From assembly GCA_963725865.1 (NCBI GenBank), contig CAVSAC010000010.1, positions 192,001 through 256,000 on the forward strand: DNA of 64,000 nucleotides, read 5' to 3'. The position numbers and the translations under genes were made by a program. The stretch comes from Candidatus Eiseniibacteriota bacterium (GTDB lineage: Bacteria; Eisenbacteria; RBG-16-71-46). Numbering within the stretch: the stretch's first letter is position 1; every line of letters starts with the position of its first letter. Below are positions 33,585-43,052 of this stretch, in pieces. The notes under the pieces were generated by a model. The model did no database searches and was not told the origin of the DNA. It was given only the letters and a program-made list of their open reading frames with translations.

Positions 33585-35971
33585 CGCAGTCGCGCGACGG
33601 TCACGCCGCGCCCTCCCTCGCCCACCTGTCCCAGCCGCTGGGACGCCACCTGCGGATGCCCCTGGAGGTGCCGTTCCACCGCCGCCCGCAGGACGCCGCG
33701 GCCGATGCCGTGGATGATGCGAAGCTCCGAGAGACCCGCCAGCACCGCCCGGTCCAGGCCGCCGTCGAGCGTGCGCAGCGCCTCCTCGGCCTCCATCCCG
33801 CGCAGATCGACCTCGAGCGGGGCAGCCTCCTCGCCCAGCGAATAGCCGGCGACGTGGACCGCCGCAGACGCGGCCGGCGCGGTCCCCACCGGCACCACCT
33901 GGCTCACCTGACTATGGATGGTCCAACCACCCCGGCGGAGCAGGATCCGTCCCTCGGCATCGGGGCCGTTGACGACGTCCGCCTCGATTCCCAGCTGGGG
34001 CACGCGCACGCGCTGGCCGGTCTCGACTCGCGTCGGAGGGGCGGGCGTCTCGGCGGGGGCCGCCGCGGCCGCCACGCGATCGAGCGACTGCACTCCGTCC
34101 TCCAGCGACTCGATGCGGCGCCGAACGTCGTCGGCGCCGGCGCGCGTCTTCTCGGCGCGCCGGGCCTCGCGCTGCACCGTCTGCCACAGCTCGCGCGCCT
34201 GCGCGAGCAGCGCCTCGCTCTCGGCGGTCAGCCGCCGCCGCAGGTTCTTGAGCGCGTCGCGCGTCTCGGCGGTCGCCGCCTGCGACGCCGCGGCCGCCGC
34301 ATCGGCCGCCGCGCGCGCCGCCCGCAGCGCCGCCGCCTCCTCGTCGGTCCGCCTCCGCGCCTCGGCCACGTCGGCGAGCAGCCGCTCGAGCGCGCGCGAC
34401 TCCGCGGGCATCAGCGCGCGCGCGCGCTCGAGAACCGCGCCCGGGAATCCCAGCGCCGCGGCGACTGAGAGCGCGTAGGACGCGCCCGGCACGCCGGGCA
34501 CGAACCGATAGCGCGACTGCATGCGCTGCTCGTCGAACTCGAGCGAACCATTCACCACGCCGGCGACCTCGCCGGCCAGCCGCTTGAGGCTGCCGAGGTG
34601 CGTGGTCATCACGCCCCAGGCGCCGGTGGCGCTGAAGTGCTCCACGAGCGCCCGTCCGAGCGCGCCGCCCGCCTCGGGATCGGTCCCCGCGCCCAGCTCG
34701 TCGCACAGCACCAGTGTGCGCGGCCCGGCGTCGGCGGCCATCGCCGCCAGCGCGCGCAGGTGCGCCGCGAACGTCGACAGTCCGAGGTCGACCGACTGCT
34801 CGTCGCCGAGGTCGACGTGCACGCTCGAGAATTCCGGGACCGCGCTGCCCTCGCCAGCAGGCACCGGGAACGCCGCGTGCGCGAGCGCCACCGCCAGCCC
34901 GACCGTCTTCAGCAGCACCGTCTTGCCGCCCATGTTGGGCCCGCTCACCAGCAGCAGGCGCGATTCGAGCCCGAGGTCGAGATCGAGCGGCACCACCGTC
35001 GCGCGCCGCTCGCCCATCGCGAGCAGCGGATGGCGCGCCTGTCGCAGCACCAGGCGGTCGCCCGCGGGCGCGATCGCCACGCCGCCGACCTCCCCGGACC
35101 AGCGCGCGCGCGCGCGCAGAGTGTCGAGCTCGACCAGGCCTCGCTCGAGCGCCAGCAGGGCGTCGGCCTGAGCGCGCACCGCTTCGGCGAGCGCCAGCAG
35201 GACCCGGCGTTCCTCCTCGATCGCGGTCGCGCGCAGCTCGATCAGGTGGTTGTTGGCGTCACACAGCTCGAGGGGCTCGACGAACAGCGACTGGCCGCTG
35301 CCCGATACGTCGTGCACCAGCGCCCTCCGGCGCGGGAACCCGGCGGCCGGGACCAGCGCGACGAAGCGATCCGCGTGACGCGTGACGTAGGTCTGCTCGC
35401 CGAAGCCCCGTGCCCAGCGCTCCATCCGGTGCTGCACGTCGCGCTCGCCTTCCTCCAGCGCGCGGCGTGCGCGGTGCAGCCGGGGTGAGGCGCCGTCGGC
35501 GACGCGGCCGTCCGGCTCCAGCGCGCCGGCCAGCTCGATGCGCAGCGGCTCGAGCTCCGGCAGTGCGTCCACCCGACCCGCGAGCGCGGGATAGCGCGCT
35601 CGCAGCTCCTCGCTCGCCCACGCCTCGCGCACCGCGCGAGCCGCCTCGAGCCAGGTGCCGATCTCGACCAGGGCCGGGCCGTCGGCGAGCACGCCGTGCT
35701 CGGGATCGAGCCGCGGGGCGATCGCTCCCCGCCCCACCTCGCACCACGCTCCCGGCTCGCTCTGCCGCCGCAGCGCCTCGTGCAGGTGCGCACAGGCCGC
35801 CGCCCGCTCGGCGCGGTCGGCGAGCGGGCGGGCGCGCGCGAGCGCCGCCCGGCCGCCCTCGCTCTCGGCATGGGCCGCCACGGCCGCGGTCACGCGGTCG
35901 AACTCGAGCAATGTCAGTGAATGATCGTCCAAGCCGCTCCCGGCCAGCGCCCCCGCCGGGGCGCGTGTCAC
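33581..35971 (-). CDS. mutS2: MutS2 family ATPase with Smr domain
   Basis: SGSGQSLFVEP, GPNMGGKT, LSTFAAH, DELGAGTDP, C-terminal Smr (DLRG...IIHGIGRG). Confidence 0.93.
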   Translation of the reverse strand: MTRAPAGALAGSGLDDHSLTLLEFDRVTAAVAAHAESEGGRAALARARPLADRAERAAACAHLHEALRRQSEPGAWCEVGRGAIAPRLDPEHGVLADGPALVEIGTWLEAARAVREAWASEELRARYPALAGRVDALPELEPLRIELAGALEPDGRVADGASPRLHRARRALEEGERDVQHRMERWARGFGEQTYVTRHADRFVALVPAAGFPRRRALVHDVSGSGQSLFVEPLELCDANNHLIELRATAIEEERRVLLALAEAVRAQADALLALERGLVELDTLRARARWSGEVGGVAIAPAGDRLVLRQARHPLLAMGERRATVVPLDLDLGLESRLLLVSGPNMGGKTVLLKTVGLAVALAHAAFPVPAGEGSAVPEFSSVHVDLGDEQSVDLGLSTFAAHLRALAAMAADAGPRTLVLCDELGAGTDPEAGGALGRALVEHFSATGAWGVMTTHLGSLKRLAGEVAGVVNGSLEFDEQRMQSRYRFVPGVPGASYALSVAAALGFPGAVLERARALMPAESRALERLLADVAEARRRTDEEAAALRAARAAADAAAAASQAATAETRDALKNLRRRLTAESEALLAQARELWQTVQREARRAEKTRAGADDVRRRIESLEDGVQSLDRVAAAAAPAETPAPPTRVETGQRVRVPQLGIEADVVNGPDAEGRILLRRGGWTIHSQVSQVVPVGTAPAASAAVHVAGYSLGEEAAPLEVDLRGMEAEEALRTLDGGLDRAVLAGLSELRIIHGIGRGVLRAAVERHLQGHPQVASQRLGQVGEGGRGVTVARLR

Positions 35972-36549
35972 GAGGCGTGCGCGTGGTGCGAGACGCGCCG
36001 CCCCGCCTCGAGGAAGCGCTCATGCAACCAGCGGCCACGCGGCAGCACCGGCGCCGCCCAGTCGCTCGCGGTCGCGCCGCCACGCAGCAGCATCGGCGCG
36101 CAGCGGCTCGATTCCGTCCAACTGCGGACATCACGCGGCCAGGCGGTGAATGTCATGGCGAACACGACCAGCGTCGCCACCACGCACCCGAGCGCCGCGC
36201 CCAACACCAGCCCACCCGTGCGATCCAGCCAGCCGAACGGACTCGCCTTCACCGCCTCCGCCAGCAGACCGCCACACCACTCCGCGAGGCTCGCCAGCGC
36301 GAGGCCAGCGAGACCTGCCACGAGCCAACTCATGACCCAAAAGACCACAGCGGGCCGGGCGTGGTGCCAATGCGCGCCGACCCACTGTGAGACCCAACCG
36401 GCGGCCCAAAGACCCACGAGCACGCCGATGAAACCGAACACCTGCCGGATCGTTCCACGGATCACGCCGCGGATGGCGAGCACGAGGATCGCCAGTGACA
36501 GGATCCAATCCAGCCCGGTGAGACCGCGCAGAGCGTCCAGTGCGTTCAG
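35968..36549 (-). CDS. cvpA: CvpA (colicin V production) family membrane protein
   Basis: DWILSL...[16 protein letters not shown]; four TM segments; start uncertain (only CTG codons near the rpsU stop). Confidence 0.82.
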   Translation of the reverse strand: MNALDALRGLTGLDWILSLAILVLAIRGVIRGTIRQVFGFIGVLVGLWAAGWVSQWVGAHWHHARPAVVFWVMSWLVAGLAGLALASLAEWCGGLLAEAVKASPFGWLDRTGGLVLGAALGCVVATLVVFAMTFTAWPRDVRSWTESSRCAPMLLRGGATASDWAAPVLPRGRWLHERFLEAGRRVSHHAHAS

Positions 36550-36740
36550 TTCTCCTGCTGTCGCTTCGCCATGTTCTTGCGCTTGGCTGCGTTGAGCTTG
36601 CGCTTCCGCCTCTCGGACGGCTTCTCGAAATGCTGATGGCGGCGCAGATCGGCCATGATTCCGGCCTTCTCGCACTTCTTCTTGAAGCGACGCAGGGCGC
36701 TCTCGAAGGACTCGCCTTCTTTCACCCTGATACCGGGCAA
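36546..36740 (-). CDS. rpsU: 30S ribosomal protein S21
   Basis: [25 protein letters not shown] start. Confidence 0.97.
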   Translation of the reverse strand: MPGIRVKEGESFESALRRFKKKCEKAGIMADLRRHQHFEKPSERRKRKLNAAKRKNMAKRQQEN

Positions 36741-36841
36741 TCAATCACCCCTCTCTGCCCATTCTTGATCGTGCGTATCGTCTTGGCTTGCAATACCGAT
36801 GCGCGCCCTAGCGCTTGGCTGGGCGCGAACTTGGCAATCGC

Positions 36842-36870
36842 AGTCTATGGCCGCCCTTGAAACCCGTCAA
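36842..36870 (-). promoter_or_regulatory. sigma70-like promoter of the rpsU operon
   Basis: TTGACG-N17-TAGACT. Confidence 0.7.
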
Positions 36871-36909
36871 GTGGGCATGCCGGAGGATCTTCGCCCTTCC
36901 CGATCAGCC

Positions 36910-37623
36910 TTACCAGCCACCCGACCACCAGGCAGCCCACGCCAGCGCCGCCGTCTCGGTCCGCAACCGGCCGTCAGACAGGCTCATGGCGCGGAAGCCG
37001 CAGGCTTCGAACGAGCCCCGCTCCGCGCTCGAAAACCCCGCCGCGGGCCCGATCGCCCCGACCGAGAGCCCCTCGGATGCCGGCCTCGCCGGGGCCGCTC
37101 CGCCTTCCTCGGCCAGCCACCGCTGCGCCGGTCCGCCGAGCCCCGCGAGCGCGTCCGGCAGCGGCGTCGGGCCCTCGATCGACACCCGCCAGGCGCGCCG
37201 CGACTGTCGCAGCGCCGCGACCGCGAGGCGTCCGAGCCGCTCGAGCCGCGACTCCGCGGCACTCCACGGAGCGCGCTCGGAGTCGATCAGGACGAGGCGG
37301 CCGATTCCCAGCTCACCCAGCTTCTCGACCAGCCAGTCGGCACGCTGCCCCTCGGGCGCGCCGCACAGCACGGTCGCGTCCCGGGTGCGCGGTTCCGAGG
37401 TACGCGACACCACGCGGGCGCGCGCCGCACCGCGCAGCTCGATCATCTCGAGCAGGGCGCGCACCCCGTTCCCGTCCGTGGCCTGAACGCGCTCCCCCGC
37501 GCGCACGCGGCAGACCCGGACGGCGTGATGAGCCTCCTCCGCCGGCAGCTCGAGCTCGGCGCCGAGCTCTGGGATCGCGGGCAGCACGAGCTGCGAGGGA
37601 ACGGCGTCAGCCCGAGAACGCAT
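36910..37623 (-). CDS. rsmE: 16S rRNA m3U1498 methyltransferase
   Basis: HHAVRVCR, LVEKLGELG, IGPAAGFS, RLRTETA; position after dnaJ. Confidence 0.9.
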   Translation of the reverse strand: MRSRADAVPSQLVLPAIPELGAELELPAEEAHHAVRVCRVRAGERVQATDGNGVRALLEMIELRGAARARVVSRTSEPRTRDATVLCGAPEGQRADWLVEKLGELGIGRLVLIDSERAPWSAAESRLERLGRLAVAALRQSRRAWRVSIEGPTPLPDALAGLGGPAQRWLAEEGGAAPARPASEGLSVGAIGPAAGFSSAERGSFEACGFRAMSLSDGRLRTETAALAWAAWWSGGW

Positions 37624-38752
37624 CGCGCACGTGATCGAACGGCGAGCGGCCGCCTCCCTTCGGAGGCTTCAGGCTCTCGGCGCGCCTGAGCTCCTCGAGT
37701 TGCTTCTTTTCCGCCCCACTCAGCTTGCCGGGCACGAAGACCTGTACGCGGACCAGCAGATCGCCCTGCCCCCCCCGCAACCCGGGCATGCCGCGCCCGC
37801 GCATCCGCAGCACGGTGCCGCTCGGCGTGCCGGCGGGGACGTCGAGCATCGCCTCGCCGGCCAGCGTGGGCGCCTCGACCTTGCCACCGAGTGCCAGGGT
37901 CGGGAAGGAGACGGGCAACTCGACCTGGAGATCGTCGCCATCGCGAGCGAACACCGCGTGCGGCTTCTCCTCGATCAGCACGATCAGGTCGCCCGGCGGG
38001 CCCCCGCGAGGACCGGCGTCTCCGAGGCCGCGCAGCGGGATGAAGTTGCCGGTCGTGACGCCGGCCGGCACCTTCACGGCGATGGTTTCGGTCTCCGAGA
38101 GTCGTCCTTCTCCGCCGCAGTCCTTGCAGCGTTCGCGCACGATCCGCCCTTCGCCCGAGCAGCGCGGACACGTCGAGACGTTCACGAACTGCCCGAAGAT
38201 GCTCTGCTGCACGTGGCGCACCTGTCCGCGGCCACGGCACTGCGGACACTCGCTCTCCCCCTCGCCCCCGCGGCCACCGCACGTCGCGCAGGTGCGCAGG
38301 TGCTTCACCCGGATCTTCTTCTCGACTCCGGTCGCGATCTCCTCGAGCGCCAGCCGCAGGCGCACCTGGAGATCGTCACCACGCTGGGGGCCACGGCCAC
38401 CCGCGCGGGCGCCGCCGAACAGGTCGCCGAACCCGCCCGCCTCGCCACCGAAGTCCCGCATGAAGGCGCGCAGCGCGTCGGCGAGGTCGAACCCGCTGAA
38501 GTCGAACCCCTGCGCGCTGGCGCCGCCCGAGGTGGCGGCGTGGCCGAACTGGTCGTAGCGCGCGCGCTTCTGCGGATCGCGCAGCACTTCGTAGGCCTCC
38601 GTCGCCTCCTTGAAGCGCTGCTCGGCCTGCTTGTCGCCGGGATTGCGGTCGGGGTGGTGCTGGAACGCGAGCTTGCGGTAGGCCTTCTTGACGTCGTCTT
38701 CGCCCGCGTCGCGACCGATCCCGAGCACCTCGTAGTAGTCGCGCGGGGCCAT
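37607..38752 (-). CDS. dnaJ: Chaperone DnaJ
   Basis: J-domain HPD, G/F region, four CxxCxGxG repeats. Confidence 0.98.
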   Translation of the reverse strand: MAPRDYYEVLGIGRDAGEDDVKKAYRKLAFQHHPDRNPGDKQAEQRFKEATEAYEVLRDPQKRARYDQFGHAATSGGASAQGFDFSGFDLADALRAFMRDFGGEAGGFGDLFGGARAGGRGPQRGDDLQVRLRLALEEIATGVEKKIRVKHLRTCATCGGRGGEGESECPQCRGRGQVRHVQQSIFGQFVNVSTCPRCSGEGRIVRERCKDCGGEGRLSETETIAVKVPAGVTTGNFIPLRGLGDAGPRGGPPGDLIVLIEEKPHAVFARDGDDLQVELPVSFPTLALGGKVEAPTLAGEAMLDVPAGTPSGTVLRMRGRGMPGLRGGQGDLLVRVQVFVPGKLSGAEKKQLEELRRAESLKPPKGGGRSPFDHVRDAFSG

Positions 38753-38755
38753 CGC

Positions 38756-39340
38756 TCACTCCCCGCCGTCGGCGGCGCGGGCCACCACGACACGCGCGGC
38801 GCGGAGCGCGCGGGCGCCACGCCGATAGCCCTTCAGCGCCACCTGGACGACCGTGCCCGGCGCCGTCTCCGGAGGGGCCGGGAGCTCGAGCAGCGCCTCG
38901 TGGAACGACGGATCGAAGGGCTCTCCGAGCGGGTCGACCACCGTCACGCCCCGGCGCGCCAGCGTCTCGCGCAGGTGCTGCGCCACCAGCCGCACGCCCT
39001 CCGCCCAGGCGACCGCGGCGCCCTCGCCGGGAATCGCCTCGAGCGCGCGCTCGAGATCGTCGATCGCCGCGACGACCTCGAGCAGCACCGATTCCTCGGC
39101 GGCGCGCCGCGCCTCCTCGAGGTCGCGCTGCGCACGGCGGCGGTAGTTCTGGAGATCGGCCTCGGCGCGCAGCCAGCGGTCGCGCAGCGCGGCCGCGGAC
39201 TCCTCGGCCGGCGCGGGTGGCACCGCTCTCTCCGCGGTCATCGCGTCGTCGGGCGCGGCCGGCTCCGCGGCCGGAACCGCGCCGGTCGACGCGTCGTCGA
39301 GCGGTTCCTGCGGCGGATCCATTCGGGTGTCGGAAGCCAC
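38756..39340 (-). CDS. grpE: Nucleotide exchange factor GrpE
   Basis: AEADLQNYRRR, FDPSFHEA, KGY...LRAARV. Confidence 0.96.
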   Translation of the reverse strand: MASDTRMDPPQEPLDDASTGAVPAAEPAAPDDAMTAERAVPPAPAEESAAALRDRWLRAEADLQNYRRRAQRDLEEARRAAEESVLLEVVAAIDDLERALEAIPGEGAAVAWAEGVRLVAQHLRETLARRGVTVVDPLGEPFDPSFHEALLELPAPPETAPGTVVQVALKGYRRGARALRAARVVVARAADGGE

Positions 39341-39394
39341 GTCGAAGCCATCCGTTCGTAGGGTTGAGAATTCGACCCGCCGCAGCGGGTGTCG

Positions 39395-40441
39395 TCAGGA
39401 CTGGAGCAGATCGGCCACGCGGCTGCCGACCGCGTCCACCGCCGCGAGCACGAGCGCGTAGTCCATGCGCAGCGGACCCAGGACGCCCACGGCGCCGCGG
39501 ATGGTGCCCGGCAGCGGGAAGCTCACCAGGCTGCATCCGGCCAGGGCGAGATCCTCGTCGAGGCCCACCCGCACCACGGCGTGACCTTCGACGCCGGCCA
39601 CCATGAGACGGTCCAGCGGCGTGCCGTTCTCGATCACCCGCAGGATCGGGCCCAGCCGCGCCGCGCCCGCGAACTCCGGCTGCTCGGCGATGTGCGGAAT
39701 CCCGGTGCGGTAGAGCGGGGTCGAGACCGGCCGCGACCACGACTCGGCCGCCGCCCGCGCGACGATGCGCACCGCGCTCCCCCGCACCAGCTCGGGATCG
39801 CCGGCGAGCCGCTCGCGGACCTCGAGCAGCGCATGGCCCAGCAGCCGCTCGCGCAGCACCAGCGCGACGTCGGCCAGCTCCGCGCGCTCCAGCGGACTCT
39901 CGAGTTCGAGCACCAGCGTGTGCATCGCGCCGGCGCCGAGGTCGAGCGCCAGCAGCGCACGCCGCGAGTCGAGCGGCTCGATGTCGAGACCGGTCAGGAT
40001 CTCCTCGTCGAGCGCGGTCGCGAGCGCGAGCCCGAGCTGGTGCGTGAGCGATGAGAGCAGCCGCGACGCCTCGTCCAGCAGCGCCTCCACGTCGGCCGCC
40101 GAGCGCGAGAGCCGCCGATCCACCTCCTCGATCAGGGGTGCGGGCAGTGCCGCGGGCGCCAGCAGCGCGCGCACGAAGTAGGCGTAGCCCCGGGGCGTGG
40201 GCACCCGCCCCGACGAGGCGCTCGAGCGTTCGAGCAGCCCGAGGCCCTCGAGCTCGCCCAGCGCGGCGCGCACGCTCGCCGAGGAGAGGCGGATGGAGCC
40301 GCGGCTCGCCAGCACTTCCGACCCCACCGGGCGCGCGCTGATCCCGTGCAGGCTCAGCAGCTCGGCGAACACCCGGCGCTGGCGCTGGCTGAGATCGGGG
40401 TCCTCGCGATTCAGATGACCGGGGAAGGCAGGCTGGGACAT
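39395..40441 (-). CDS. hrcA: Heat-inducible transcription repressor HrcA
   Basis: PVGS, LSSASVR, SSGRVPT..GY, GVLGPLRMDY. Confidence 0.94.
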   Translation of the reverse strand: MSQPAFPGHLNREDPDLSQRQRRVFAELLSLHGISARPVGSEVLASRGSIRLSSASVRAALGELEGLGLLERSSASSGRVPTPRGYAYFVRALLAPAALPAPLIEEVDRRLSRSAADVEALLDEASRLLSSLTHQLGLALATALDEEILTGLDIEPLDSRRALLALDLGAGAMHTLVLELESPLERAELADVALVLRERLLGHALLEVRERLAGDPELVRGSAVRIVARAAAESWSRPVSTPLYRTGIPHIAEQPEFAGAARLGPILRVIENGTPLDRLMVAGVEGHAVVRVGLDEDLALAGCSLVSFPLPGTIRGAVGVLGPLRMDYALVLAAVDAVGSRVADLLQS

Positions 40442-41703
40442 GGCACCGAAGGTACGGAGCGCCGCTTCACGCTGTCAAACCCGGGACGCTCGGCGCGGGC
40501 CGCGATCCAGGCGATGGCGTCATCCGCCAGGAACCGCAGAGCGGCCGGGATGCGCCACCCCTCGGGATGCGCCTCGAGCCGTCCCGTTGTCACGGCGTCG
40601 TCCAGCGCCGCGCGATAGCGGCGTTCGACGCGCCGCCAGACGTCGGGCGGGTGGTCGGCCGGGCACAGTCCGCTGGAGAGCCGCAGGCTCAGCATCAGGA
40701 TCTCGTCGGCGAGCGAGGCGTCGGTCTCGGGCTCGCGCTCGGCCTCGCCGGCGGCGCCGGCGGCGAGCGCGGCCGCCCAGGGCGCCAGGCCGTAGTGGTT
40801 GCCGTAGCGCTCGCCGGCCCAGAAACCGTGGGCCGAGGGGCCCAGTCCCAGGTACGGCCGTCGCAGCCAGTAGGTCAGGTTGTGCCGTGCCTCGGCACCC
40901 GGCCGCGCCGCGTTCGAGGTCTCGTAGCGCGCGAGCCCGGCCGCTCGCGCCGCGTCCACGAAGCAGGCGTACTGCTCGGCCTGCGCCTCGGGCTCGGGCA
41001 GCGCGGTCCTCCCGGAGAGCGCGGCGTCGCCGAGCGGGGTGCCCGCCTCCGGGATGAAGCAGTACGCGGACAGGTGCTCGGGCGACAGCGCGAGCGCGCG
41101 GTCGAGGGTCTCGCGCCAGCGCGCGATCGCGTGCCCGGGGAATCCGAACATGAGGTCGAGCGACAGATGCTCGAAGCCGTGGGCCCGCGCCAGCGCGAAC
41201 GCCTCCGCGGGTCGCTCCGCGTCGTGGATGCGTCCGAGCGCGGCGAGCTCGTCGGCGTGAAAGGACTGCGCGCCCATCGACAGCCGGTTCACGCCCGCCG
41301 CGGCCCAGGCGTCGAGGAGCGCGGGGCGCACCGACTCCGGATTCGCTTCGAGCGTGATCTCGGCGTCGCGAGCGATCGCGAACCGCTCGGCGAGCGCGCG
41401 CCACACGCGCTGGAAGTGACGCGCCGGGATCGCCGAGGGTGTGCCGCCGCCGAAGAACACCGACGAGAACGTCGCCCCGGCAGCCGCGGGTGCGCGGCGC
41501 TCGGCCTCGCGTTCGAGCGCGCTCATCCAGCGCTCGACCGCCGCCGCCGACAGCGCGCCCGACGAGAAGTCGCAGTAGGTGCAGCGCACCGCGCAGAACG
41601 GCACGTGGACGTAGAGGCCCGCCCGCGCCCGCGCGCGCACCGCCGCGCCCGGTCCCTCGCCGGAACCGGCGGTCAGTGGATGATCCGGAGCAGGCGATTC
41701 CAT
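40411..41703 (-). CDS. hemW: Radical SAM heme chaperone HemW (HemN-like)
   Basis: LYVHVPFCAVRCTYCDF, FFGGGTPS, EANP, YETSN, HNLTYW; start uncertain. Confidence 0.93.
   Translation of the reverse strand: MESPAPDHPLTAGSGEGPGAAVRARARAGLYVHVPFCAVRCTYCDFSSGALSAAAVERWMSALEREAERRAPAAAGATFSSVFFGGGTPSAIPARHFQRVWRALAERFAIARDAEITLEANPESVRPALLDAWAAAGVNRLSMGAQSFHADELAALGRIHDAERPAEAFALARAHGFEHLSLDLMFGFPGHAIARWRETLDRALALSPEHLSAYCFIPEAGTPLGDAALSGRTALPEPEAQAEQYACFVDAARAAGLARYETSNAARPGAEARHNLTYWLRRPYLGLGPSAHGFWAGERYGNHYGLAPWAAALAAGAAGEAEREPETDASLADEILMLSLRLSSGLCPADHPPDVWRRVERRYRAALDDAVTTGRLEAHPEGWRIPAALRFLADDAIAWIAARAERPGFDSVKRRSVPSVPCPSLPSPVI
40449..40478 (-). promoter_or_regulatory. Promoter predicting a leaderless hrcA transcript (inside the hemW 3' end)
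   Basis: TTGACA-N18-TACCTT, 7 nt before the hrcA ATG; no SD sequence. Confidence 0.6.
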
Positions 41704-42329
41704 CGGGGCCAGAACCGTTCCGCGTCCCACGACCAGTAGATGAACATCGCGCGGCCCTGGATGAGATCCTTCTTCATCGGTCCCCAGTAGCGGCTGTCGG
41801 CGGAGTTGTCGCGGTTGTCGCCCATCATGAAATACTCGGCGGGCTTCATCGCGAGCGGCGCGAAGTTGTCGCGCACGTCGACCGATGCCGGCACGGTGTC
41901 GCGCGAACTGTGGATCACGTACGGCTCCACGAGCGGCCGGCCATCCACGATCACCTGCTTGTTCCGCTCCTCGATCACCTGCCCGGGGGTCGCGATGCAG
42001 CGCTTGATGTAGTCCTGCCGCGGGTTGAGCGGGTACTGGAACACGATGATGTCGCCGCGGCGCGGCTCGCGGAAGCCCGGCAGGCGGACATGCGTGAACG
42101 GGATCCGCGGGCCGTACTCGAGCTTGTTCACGAACAGGAAGTCGCCGATCAGCAGCGTGTCGAGCATCGACCCGGAGGGGATCACGAACGCCTGGAGCAC
42201 GAACGCGCGCAGCGTGAACGTGATCACGATCACCCACAGCGCGGTCTCGACGTACTCGCGGAGCAGCTGGCGGCCCGCGGGCTTCGCGTTCGCCCGCGAG
42301 CGGGTGCGGGTGGCATCGCGCGCGGCCAT
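41673..42329 (-). CDS. lepB: Signal peptidase I (copy 2)
   Basis: IPSGSM, DYIKR, MGDNRDNSADSRYWG. Confidence 0.96.
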   Translation of the reverse strand: MAARDATRTRSRANAKPAGRQLLREYVETALWVIVITFTLRAFVLQAFVIPSGSMLDTLLIGDFLFVNKLEYGPRIPFTHVRLPGFREPRRGDIIVFQYPLNPRQDYIKRCIATPGQVIEERNKQVIVDGRPLVEPYVIHSSRDTVPASVDVRDNFAPLAMKPAEYFMMGDNRDNSADSRYWGPMKKDLIQGRAMFIYWSWDAERFWPRWNRLLRIIH

Positions 42330-42432
42330 CAGCGTCCTCCGTTCCGCGCGCGCCGGTCCGTGGTCGGCCGCGCGGCGGGCGCGTGAGCGGCCCGCGGAGC
42401 GCGGTGCCTCCGCGTGGGCGCGACGCGCGGGG

Positions 42433-43044
42433 TCAATGGATGATCTGGAAGATGCGGTTCCATCGTGGCTGGCTCCGATCCGGGTCCCAGGACCAGTAGA
42501 GGAACATCGCCCGCCCCTTGATGAGGTCCTTCCGGAGCGTGCCCCAATAGCGGCTGTCTTTCGAGTTGTCGCGGTTGTCGCCCATCATGAAGTACTCGCC
42601 GGCGTCGACCGCGAAGGGTCCGAAGTTGTCGCGCTCGTCGATCGAGGCCGGCAGGGTGTCCGCCGCGATGTGGATCACGTACGGCTCCACCAGCGCCTGT
42701 CCGTCCACCAGCACCTGCTTGTTCCGCACCGCGAGCACCTGGCCGCCGGTCGCGATGCACCGCTTGATGAAGTCCTGGCTCGGGTTCTCCGGGTACTGGA
42801 ACACGATCACGTCCCCGCGGCGCGGATCCCGCAGCCCCGGCAGGCGGATGTGCGTGAACGGGATCTTGGGTCCGTACTCGAACTTGTTCACGAACAGGAA
42901 GTCGCCCACCAGCAGCGTGTTCAGCATCGACTCGGACGGGATCCGGAACGCCTGGATCACGAAGGCTCGCAGGAACAGCGTGAGCACCAGGGCCCACAGC
43001 GCCGCCTCGACGTACTCCCGGAGCGTGGAACGACTCTCGGACAT
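42433..43044 (-). CDS. lepB: Signal peptidase I (copy 1)
   Basis: IPSESM, DFIKR, MGDNRDNSKDSRYWG. Confidence 0.96.
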   Translation of the reverse strand: MSESRSTLREYVEAALWALVLTLFLRAFVIQAFRIPSESMLNTLLVGDFLFVNKFEYGPKIPFTHIRLPGLRDPRRGDVIVFQYPENPSQDFIKRCIATGGQVLAVRNKQVLVDGQALVEPYVIHIAADTLPASIDERDNFGPFAVDAGEYFMMGDNRDNSKDSRYWGTLRKDLIKGRAMFLYWSWDPDRSQPRWNRIFQIIH

Positions 43045-43052
43045 GGACTCCC

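Noticed and set aside
40380..40520. CIRCE operator at hrcA
   Set aside because: No TTAGCACTC-N9-GAGTGCTAA-like inverted repeat was found by eye.
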